DNA of 64,000 nt, from the NCBI GenBank assembly GCA_964036045.1, contig OZ038378.1, positions 77,934,001 to 77,998,000 of the forward strand. The letters run 5' to 3'. The DNA comes from Eutreptiella sp. 'Long Island Sound 2002'. Taxonomy: Eukaryota > Protista > Euglenida. Below the pieces are notes generated by a model. It ran no database searches and was not told the DNA's origin. It worked only from the letters and a program-made list of their open reading frames with translations. The position numbers and the translations under genes are program-made. The stretch's first letter is position 1, and each line of letters opens with the position of its first letter. This document shows, one piece after another, positions 24,590-34,837 of the stretch.

Positions 24590-27500
24590 CCGCCGGTGAA
24601 GCCCCACATCCGCAGGGACCAGGGAACCTGTGCAACGTCTGCTAGGAAAGAGTCGGGGACGACGACACCCCGCGCCTTGGGCATGACCTCCGGCTGCGGC
24701 AGCGCCGAAACGATGCACCGGTTCTTCAGCCAGTGCATCGCCCAGCTGCATGCCTGCCCACTTTGCAGACGGGCGCACCCCCTCTGCACAGCCCCGCCGC
24801 CGCGAGAAACCCAACCGACGACCTCACACTCCACACGCTGCGCAGGCTGATTGCCCAGAACGTCTTGGCACCCCCCGATGCTGACCGAGGGGACAGCCCC
24901 GACAGTACGTGGCTGGATGTCCTCGGCAAGAAGGACCTGGCGGCACCGCCGGCCCGCCCCCCCTGGCGCACCAACGTGGATGCTGCTGGACGGGGAGGAA
25001 GACCCCAAGGTCTGAGTTGAGACCACGAACATTACGGGGGTGTGCAACGGGGCAGCCTGCCCCCCGTCGGCAATCTGCCGGACAGTTGGGGCCCCATGGG
25101 CCCCATGAACCTTGAAAAGTGGGGCGCTACCATCCTCACCCTTACCACCCGCCTCCCCTTCACCTTCTGCTGGCTGCCGAGGGACGCGGAATGGGCCATT
25201 GGGATCGCTCGCGGCGCCCATGTCCATGAGTGGGGGGAGTTTTTCTGCAGCAGCGGGGGCATGACCGAGGGGGCACCCGAGAGGCTGATGGCAGCCTATC
25301 TAACGTTGAGGGGGATACCGGTCCCCGAAAGACTCGTGCCAGTGGCGCGTCGCGCCCGCCAACCACTCGTCCCAGCGCCGCAGCCGGGCACGTACGGCAA
25401 TGCAGCAGTGGCTCGAATGACGGCCGGGGGTGTTCGACACCACAGTTCCTCCACCTCCACCCCGAGAGTCGCGACCATCAGCACCCAGCCCTGGCCGCGC
25501 ACCACGGCCGCAACGAGGCCCAAAAGTGTACACGCTCCGGCGCCACCTACAGCGGTGGGAAGCATGCCCAGCCACACGAATATGGCAACAACAAGCGCGC
25601 GGCCCGAGCAACCCCTCGGCACCATGCGCCCACAAATGAGCCTAGGCCCGGGCCCCGCCGGCGACCCGGGTCCACAACCTCAAACGCGAACCAACGCGTC
25701 CACACGCGGCCAGCAGCCAGCGGCCCCGACACAGGCCGACCCGGGGCTTGACCCCCACCACAACCCACCAGTTCGACCGACGGCAAGCCCCACACAAACT
25801 CCATCTGACGGCCCCCCCACGCAAACACCAAGACCGACCTCCACACAGACGCGTACCGCTACCCCGCCATACGCCACCATGCGCCCCCATGCCCACATCC
25901 CCACCGGGTGACCGAGTGCCCAGGCTCCAGCGGCACCGTGCAAGTCGACCCAAGGGTACCATCCACCAGCCCCAGCGCAGGCCGAACCGGCGCCCCATCA
26001 ACGCCAAGACCCACCGGCCAGACCGGCAGTACGGCCCACGGAAGCGCCGCCTGGCAGTCCCCCGGCCCCCACCAGGACCCGGACCCGGACCCGGCGCGCG
26101 CCACCGTCCCGGCCTACGCCCTGCAGGCGAACACGCCAGGCCACAGGCTCACGACGGTGGTCCCGCATCCCGAGGGCGGGACACCGGCAGCTCGGCCCGC
26201 CACGGCGGAGGGGAGTGGTGGAACGCGAACACTGGCAGGCCAAAAGGGAAGCCCCCCGAGGCCGGCACCCGTACGAGTTGGCCAAACCCGTGCGGCGACG
26301 CCAACAAAAGACGGCGCAGCCACGCCACCAGCACTGCCAGCCCAGCCACATCACTAGGAGCCCACAGTGGACACGGGTGCTGGGGCATCGGAGGATGCGG
26401 AGGGACGCCCTCAGTGGAAAAAGGCAGCGGTGCCAGCGCCGACCTATACACCCGGGGACCGCCCAGAGCGGAGATACCTGGCGCGATGACGGGCAAGCCG
26501 GGCAGCCAGCACGCCAGCAAGCCAGCCAATCACCAGCCGGACATGATGGCACGTGAAAGCAACGAAGCACCAGACACTGCCCAACCCGGTACGGGACCTG
26601 GGGGACCGACGCCGGGGGCCAGGCATGACGACGACCCCCCCCCCTCTGCCCGTGCACGAGGCGCAGACCACGGGTCATGCAGGTGCCGTTCCATCCACGG
26701 CCCCAGCAAGCCGCAGTGACACGAGCACGCAAGGGGATGCAACGTCCGGGGAGGCACGGACCCAGGGCCCACCTCAAGCGCACGCGGAGTGCAACACCCG
26801 GGTGACGTCTCCGGACACACCCAAGCGCGCAACTGACCGGGGGCCGTCGTCCGGCAGACACAACCGCAACAACGACTCTTTCGACGCCTCCATGGCGTCC
26901 TGCAGGAGCGCCCGCCCAAACAAACCCAGCGCCGACTGCTTCATGCAGCCACCTGAAGCCACGGGGCGACCATACAGAGCCTGCACAGGAACCCCCGAGG
27001 GATTCCCTCGCGGAGTCCCGGCAGGCACACCTCCAGCGCGGTTACACCGCCCTGGGGGTGAGGACTGAATACACCGTTGCCACGGATGACGCGCACGCGA
27101 CCGCAAGCGAGCTAGCGGACAAGACCCCGGACGAGCCCCCCTGGCACCTCGCCCAAGGGAGCGGAACGTGTGTGGAGACGGGTACCAACACCGCTAGCGA
27201 GCCTGCCGGCCAGCCACCGCGGGCCACCCCAGCCTGGGGGCGGGGGTATCTGGACTACGCGCGGTCGGAAGGCAGCGCCCGCCGCCCCAACACCCACGCG
27301 GAACAGGCGGCGGCCCAAGGGCTGGACCTCTGGATCACCAGGATCACCGTAGGGGAGCGGCACGCCCTCGGAGTCAGCATCCGACGTTTGTCTCAGGAGC
27401 TACTCCGCCTCCAGGATGGAATCTGCACCATGGCAGACGTTGCCTTCGGCCATTGGGCAGCACCGCACACAACCCCGACCGCCATGGACCACCCTAGTCG

Positions 27501-30072
27501 GTGGCACTATGTGGCCTCGCGGCTCATGGCACATATGCGGACCTATGGCGCAGATGAAATGAACAGTCTACACTGGCGCCCGCATGAACGCGCGGCACTC
27601 CGCGTCCGTGCAACCATGCAAAGGCACAACATCTGGGCCATCCCAGGGTCCCCGGGCTCCCCGGGACACGCCTTCGGACACAGGCGACCACGGTACCAAG
27701 AGGTGCCGGAGCCCTCAAGGCAAATGGCACGCCATGACTCCCCAAGACGCCACCAGGGGCCACCTCCCGGTGTGGATTCCCCCTCCAGCACACACGGAAG
27801 CCCCCTCAGACCATTCGCACCTCGGTGGGACCGAGGCAGCCCTCATGCCACGGGGATGAAGGGTGGGACCTCCGCCTTGCGGACCCCAGACCGGCGAGAA
27901 GAAGCGAGGAACCCTGGCCGATTCCGGCGCCGCAGCCGCACGCCACCCCCCGCGGCGCGGCGAGTCGTCTTCCACGAGGGTGCCGTGGAGGCCTCAACGA
28001 CCCGCCTGCCAAACAGACATCACCTACCGCTGATGCCCGGCGCCGGTCCTAGAGGGCCCGCACCGAGCAGACGCACATCCCCACCGTTCCCACGCCGGCC
28101 CAGCGAGCGCGATAGGCAGCGCTCCACAGGTGCCTCCACCAGGCAACAGACGGTGCATCCAGCTCGTCCGTTGCCTCCCTCCCAGCAGCACCGGCAAGTC
28201 CGCCACCGGGGGGATGGCACACAGCGGAGGCACGGCCAAGGGGACCAGCAGCAGACCAGCAACCCAGACACAGGATGGGGGCAAGGACATATCAAAGCCT
28301 CCCCCCCCCGCACCGGCCCACCGACCAACCGGTCCAATGCGCAACGGGGCTCCGCACCCTGGCTGTGACGCAGCCAAGTTGGGGGGACGCGGAGGACGCA
28401 CCACAACAGCGGGGACGCGACGCAGGCGACCCGGGAGCGGGCCAAGAAATGACAGAGGCCTCCGGCCCTCAGGAGTCCGGTGGCCCCCGGCCCACCACCG
28501 TCTCCCATCCGATGTCCCCGCAACAAGAGCCCTCCACAGGCAGCGTACCTGAGGAACACCCTGACACCACTGCAGGGCACCCCTGTCCAAATGGCGGCAC
28601 ACCGGACGGGGACAAGGAGACCATGCCCCCCCCACCCTCCAGACCACTACAACGGAGGGACACAGACCGCCTTTACAGGGAGGAACTGAAGGAAATCTAC
28701 GACATCCACGCCAACACACCCCTGTGCGGGCTGGTGGCCGCCCCCTGGAGACGCCTCCAGGACATCAACCCAAACAGCCTCTTTGCCCCCGTCCTCGTGC
28801 CGCACGCCGGATCGACCAACATCTCCGTGCGGCAGCTCGTGGCACTCGTCACCCCCGGGATGCAGCTCGCAGACGACCTCGTCGACGCGTGGATCTGGTG
28901 GTTCAACTTCAACAAACCGGACCAGGAACACGTGTGGGTCCCGCACCTGGGCTGGGTGCACACACACATTGCGCCGCCGACAGAGCCCAGGCCCGCGCCA
29001 AGCACCGGGGGCCGGGAACTGGCCGCCCGACAACCGAGGGCTAACGCCCCCAACATCCCACCGTACAATGGTCTGGCGGGCCAGAAAAGCAGGTCTGCCC
29101 CCGACAGGGGGCGCAACCTCAGGGACATGGTGGAGGGATACCCACCAGGGGCGGAGACGGCACCCGCGGGACTCCCAGGACGCGAAGATGAGGCCCGCAC
29201 CATCTCCATGATTGTGTTGGAATGTGGCCACTATCACCAGGTGTGGATCACCCGGGACCCACAGGAGTGCCAGTGGAACCTGGAAGCCTTCGACTCCATG
29301 CACCCAGCAAGCGCAGCCCTGCCGGACGGCCCCAACCCCCTGCCGCAAAACCAGCCCCCGGACCCCCTGACGGCTGTCGTGTCGGGTGAAGCCGGCAGCT
29401 GGCACCCAGGGCATGCCCTCTACCGCCTCTGGCGTTCAGTTCAGCGCCGCTGCTCGCACACCAAGGAGTGGTCGGCGACGTGGAGATTCCACCTGGACGG
29501 CCGCGAGCAACTGGAGGCCATCCCCCAACGCGAGCGAACGACGGAGAGCCCTTGCTACAGGAAACCTGTGCCCCGTCTTAGCAATCCACCAGATCCGGGC
29601 ACTGGTGCTGGGCGGACAACTGCTGCCCACCATCGGCATTGAGACGGAAGCCCGAGCAGCGCACACAGCCCTTGTGCACGAGATCATCAGCGCTCTCGGC
29701 AGCGCCCTTGTGCGGCGTCTGGGGAACCACCCAGGGGCCTATCCCACCACGAGCCTAAACCGGGAACACGCCCCCATGAACATGCGAGGCGACACCATCG
29801 CCACCAGCGCACCAACACGGCACACGCATGCCTTGCCCGCTGCGACCGGCCACCGGCAGTGGAAGGGAACCACACCGGCGGCTATCCGCACCCTCCCCCC
29901 TTCAGTCGCGGCGATCGGCCGGAGGACCCTCGAAGAACCGGAGATGCACTGCGACCGATATGAGACGACACACCGCGGCGCAACTGTAGCACGGTCCCCA
30001 CGCCGACCACCCGCTGATGAGGAGACAACCAGGCACCATTGGGACCGCCTCACCCCACCCGAGGCTCCCTAG
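24590..30072 (+). pseudogene. Copy B ORF3: RING-like finger (24631-24769), unknown domains, Ulp1/C48-like protease (28821-29640)
   Basis: ORFs 24733-25020, 25042-25911, 27058-28368, 28275-29642 and 29386-30072; conserved with copy A; His/Asp/Gln/Cys protease residues recoverable. Confidence 0.78.
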
Positions 30073-31110
30073 TTGGGCGTCAAACGAGCGGCTGAGGGAC
30101 CAGCCATAAGCCGCAACGACCCCGGGCAGGCCAACCATGCCCAGGGCAGCGCATCCCGCCGACAACTGTTGATCGGGTGCACCGGCGAGAGATACAATGG
30201 GTTACCCGACTTCTGCCGCAGGCGCCCGCCAATGCGGCCCTACAACCCGTGCTCTACAGCATGGACACTAACCCGATGACCACACCGAGCCCATTCCACC
30301 CACGTATCACGGACGGGAACCACGCTCCCCACCCCCTCGAAATCCATCAGTGTCAAGGAACGGGAAGGAGCCCCCGACACAGACCCATCTTTCCACCTGA
30401 CCGCCATTTCTCACAAGCCAGACACGAGGTGGACCAAGGAGTGCAGCCCAACACACGAGACCCAAGGGCCCGCCGGCCCCCGCCGGCGGACACCGGAATA
30501 TTACGCCGAGCCCCTTTGGGATTCCCCGACGTCAGAGCACATAATCCTCAAGAATGTTACTTCGAAGGGCAGGGGGTCAAGGGAACACCAGAGGCGACAC
30601 GCATGACCTCCACCATTACCTTACCATTACGCAACAAACCAACTAAAATTGACAGACTGCACCGAACCCCCGGCCCCCCGGGAGAGCGCAAGCCCAACCA
30701 AGTCAGGAGGCGTGAGCACGCGTCACAGCATGTGAGTCCCGTAGCACGTGCTTCTTCAAGTCATCTCACGCCTACTGAAAACCAATCCAGTCGGGGGTGC
30801 CTGCAGGGCAGGGCCTTTGACCTAGCTCCGGGCCCCTGGGCCCCAGAATGGGGAGGTTGATGAGGATATGCGATTGGACCCTCCCCCACGTATCATCCGC
30901 CCGAAGGAGAGGAATGTGAGACTTCGGTTGAACATGGGTTACCTCTCTGGGCAGAACCCGCAGTAGGGTACTGCTCGCGGCGACCGCGCGCTTCCTCCAT
31001 GTGGGGGACCCGTTTTCTGGGGGCACGTGAAGTAGGGCCGTGGGTGGGTGAGCAAAAGCCCCTTGGTAAGACCCCCCTGAGGGGCAACCCCAGTCCCGAG
31101 AAGACCTATC

Positions 31111-31134
31111 TACCTACCTACCTACCTACCTACC
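31111..31134 (+). repeat. (TACC)6 microsatellite tail marking the LINE 3' end
   Basis: Directly visible. The homologous stub at 62626-63020 also terminates in (TACC)3 at the same point. Confidence 0.9.
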
Positions 31135-31136
31135 TC

Positions 31137-31600
31137 GAGGTGGAGCACGCTGTGATAGCCAAGACCGCCCCGAAGTCTGCTCCGCAAAATTTCAGGGTAG
31201 GTGATCCGATGTGGGTAAGGAGACCCCAGCCTATGGGCACTCACTGCACCAAAATTGCATCAAAGTGGGCTCCGAACAGTTCAGGGAACAAAATGGAAGT
31301 CAACTCCGTACCCGTGAGCCTGACGTCCGAGGGAAACATGGGTCCCTGGACTAGGCTGCCCATGGGGCCAACTCGGACGACGACTATACTAAGCAACAAC
31401 GACGCCGTCGAGAGGATCCTTGTGCAGCGTCTGAGTGCCTCGGCGCCTGGAGGAGTGGAGTTCAAAGTGCGCTGCAGAGGCTAAATGCCCCCCAATGACA
31501 CCTGAAAACCTTTTTTTTCCTTTGTGCCGCGGATTAACACCCCCTTCATGGAGTATGTCCACAAGCAAAGACAAAGATCCAGGTCTCTGACTTGGAAGCT
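31137..31600 (+). pseudogene. Remnant of a third Gypsy element: integrase C-terminus plus decayed chromodomain
   Basis: FRVGDPMWVRRP...KIASKW...DAVERILVQR...EFKVRCRG*...PFFSFVPRINTPFMEY; resembles the C-termini of the other two Gypsy integrases. Confidence 0.75.
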
Positions 31601-33990
31601 TTGTGGAGGGCGAAAGAAGCTAGGGGCGACTGATCCCCGCCCTGAAGTCCCCCTGAGTGGGCACATTGAGCACAAGTCTGTCAGTTCGTCAGTACGTCCC
31701 TTGCTCGCTTGCTCTCTCCCAGCTCCGGTGCAACGTCGTTCAGGTGGAGTGGTTGATATGCTGCGCAAGTCGAGCCGCCCCCTAATCGGGTGGTTTTACA
31801 CAGCAGTTGCGTGTCGCCCAGACCTCAGCGCAATGCCAACCTCCCGAACCCGAGTTCCGCAGACCCAATTCTGCTCCCTCTGACTCCGAGTCATAGCGGC
31901 TGACAGCCTCCCCCCTGCTGAATCTACGGGAAACCAGGTAGTACCTCCTTCCATGACGAGACCACAATCCCGAGAAGATGGCCACAAGCGTGAACGCTGA
32001 AGAGGGTCCCTACCAGGACCGGCCCCTGCTGTACCCCTTCCACCATTTCCTGTCACTCCTATGGTCTTGCGTCTCACCAGGTTCTGCATGATCTTGCCCT
32101 ATCCTGCACAATTTCTAACAAAAAATAGTAAAATATGGCTCCTGCACACACATCCTGATCCTTTGCAATAACCAACTCCCAAGTACAATAGCTCCAATCC
32201 AAATTAATCCACACTGAGGGCTTCCAGGGGTGTTTGAGGTCCCGTGTTGACACTCAACCACTCCTTTCAACACGCCGGTCGTCTCACGGTGCACACGGAG
32301 ACACGGGCGTTGGCCATGTACATAGAATTGCACCAATAGAATAATAAAAAAAAGCCCTGAAATTGGCATATGAACACAAATCAAGCAAAGGTGGGGAAAG
32401 ATGGAAACATACACAATCACAGCCATAGACCCCTCATTCCCTGGACTCAGGACCTTCCCTTGACTCGCCAACTTGATGCCCTGAACCAAGTCAAATAAGA
32501 TGGCTAAATGCCATGTGTCAAAAGTCACTACACAAACCCCAAAAATGTGTTCACACCCAAGCCTCTAAATCCTAGCCCAATAGGAAAGGTGGCGTATCAT
32601 GGCCTAGAGTGGCACTCAGGACCATGCCCTACCCTGACATAACTTTGGGTGGACTTGGAATCGATTGGGCTTGGAGAATTGCCCCGTGAAGATGACCTCA
32701 CAACATAGCAAAATTAGGCAAATCACACCATAGTGCCCAAAAATCAATTATATACTCAAAAATGCATACGGCAAATGTTCGAATGCTCCATGCATGTGTC
32801 AAACCCGAGAGTAATATACAAGGGTGATATAGAACAAAGGTCGATGCCCAAGAATATTCAACATTGGCTCCCAAACCCCTCCAGATATACACATGCCATG
32901 CTTCACAAGTCAACTCATGAATTTGAGACCTAATTTTGTGAGGCCTCGTGTGCCACGCCAGAGTGACCACGTGATCCGGCATATGGTGAGGTGCAACACC
33001 GAGGCATATGCCAACATATAAGCAACATACCATAGTTCACAGATCTCTAGGCACCTTACTGTTAGCTGACCAGTTGAGCACAAAAAATACAAAAATGAGC
33101 ATAAAATGAGGTCAAAAACATGCAAATATTGCCAAATTCAAAGTAATCACAATAGTATATAACTTCGCTCACCCATGGTATCAACATATGGTTCAACACA
33201 CTTTTGCTTGGGACCATTCGCCAAAAATCCTCCCACTTGGATCTCCACATGGATGCATAGGGACACCTTCGAACCTCGTCACGACGCGCACCATTAAAAT
33301 CGGAAAATTGATAATGGCGCTTGTGGATCGCTCCGTAAGCCTTCCCACATGCACTATATGTGCGGTAGACTTAGTCTAGCGCTATGCAGCACACCATTGG
33401 GACATGGGCGAAGCCCTTGCCACGTATGACTCAACATATCGTCCTACAAAGGGAGATATATAACATGAGCGTGAGCATGGCGAAGCACATACCATGCATG
33501 TAACACGTACCCTCAAAAAGTGGCTCCCACCATGCTATGCCATGCCCCTCCATGGACATAACTTCACGTTAAAAATACGTAGGAGCCCAAGGAAAGTTTC
33601 TATGCAACACCAACACTCATGCAGTACACTCGAAAGCCGCATTCAAATGTTTGGTTGCATGGTCCAAGAGTTAGAAATCACTTTCTACCCTCTTGACCAT
33701 TATCCCTTGCTACATCTGCCATGTGTACACATCAAAGGGGTTTGACGCTCCTTGAATTGAGGTGAGACCAAGGCAATTCCAGCCCATATCTCAAAATTGA
33801 AGTTACTCGCGGTGAGCTGGAGATATGACCTTTCAAAGTGGCCTCACGAATCAATTTTGTTTCGCCTATATCCCCAAGAAAAATGAAGGAGACAACAAAA
33901 AGAAGGTTGATTCGTGATCGGGGAAAAATGACGGACCACTCGAAATACATCATATCCAGTGTGCCCACCTCGAAGTCGAAAACCCGATTC

Positions 33991-34443
33991 TGAATGTCTG
34001 AAAAAATCGGATTAATTTTGCGAGTGTATAACATGAAAAATTGCGGAAGCAACGAACTCTTTACTGATGAAATCTGACTCTTCACTGGGGTTTCCGCTAA
34101 AATATCTGGAAATAACAGTTAGCCAATCCGTTACCGCAAAATCGCGAGCCAACTGACAGCCGCCGATACATTGACAATCAGAACGGATAGCTGAAAAATT
34201 ACGGGAACATTATGATAAAAAAACCCTGTTGATTCCTGACATTCTGATATATGAATCTCAGCCGGCGCGCCTCGGCATTGAATATGGCCGCTCATAGCTG
34301 GAATGGCCAAGCCTATCACACTATCACATCAGGTTAGGTCAGGTGAATGGGACAGTATGATATCAGCCAATGGCGGCTTGCCGGCACATAGATACACACC
34401 CCAAGTGACCCAAAGATGGCCACCGGGGTCCGAACCTGCTTCA
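33991..34443 (-). repeat. Gypsy-1 3' LTR (453 bp shared core, TG...CA)
   Basis: Roughly 94-95 percent identical by eye to 42293-42745; minus strand starts TGAAGC. Confidence 0.9.
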
Positions 34444-34454
34444 CCCCCCTTCTC
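34444..34454 (-). promoter_or_regulatory. Polypurine tract GAGAAGGGGGG
   Basis: Abuts the TG start of the 3' LTR on the minus strand. Confidence 0.85.
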
Positions 34455-34837
34455 AGAGCGTTGTATCCGCTCGGAAGTTATTGAAGAGAGGACCGGAGGA
34501 CCCCAATGGGCTCCAACCCCAACCCCCCATGTCCCAAGGACACATGGAGGCCCCACATACGGTGTAGGCGTCCCCCATGCTCCAAGGGAGGGGTGAGGAC
34601 ACTCATAATCGGTGCCCTCCGCCAAATCCGGTCTCCTCTTGATCTACAACATGGACCAAGGGGATCAAAGATAGAGAAACGTCGTCGGTTGACCTAAATT
34701 CGTATACCACAATGAAATATTTATGTGGAGACCGAGTGAAGTGGGTATATGGCCAATCAAGGCCCAAAAGTCCCCGGATGAACGCCCTCACCCATCTCCA
34801 AAACACAAAGACAAACATAAATGCCAAGGGGGATCCA

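Larger units (their letters stand above)
18727..31134 (+). mobile_element. Large degenerate LINE, copy B (5'-truncated, 3' end intact with (TACC)n tail)
   Basis: Begins at the position equivalent to ~10675 of copy A; then APE, RT, RNase H, finger, ORF3, 3' UTR and tail. Confidence 0.9.

Noticed and set aside
23863-25227. Long antisense ORFs over the LINEs and Gypsy elements (e.g. 454 aa here, 345 aa at 39777, 281 aa at 50708)
   Set aside because: Expected shadow ORFs in GC-rich coding DNA; no motifs of their own.
30860-31110. Hammerhead or HDV ribozyme call for the structured 3' UTR
   Set aside because: No CUGANGA/GAAA core and no clear nested double pseudoknot; reported only as an unclassified structured RNA.
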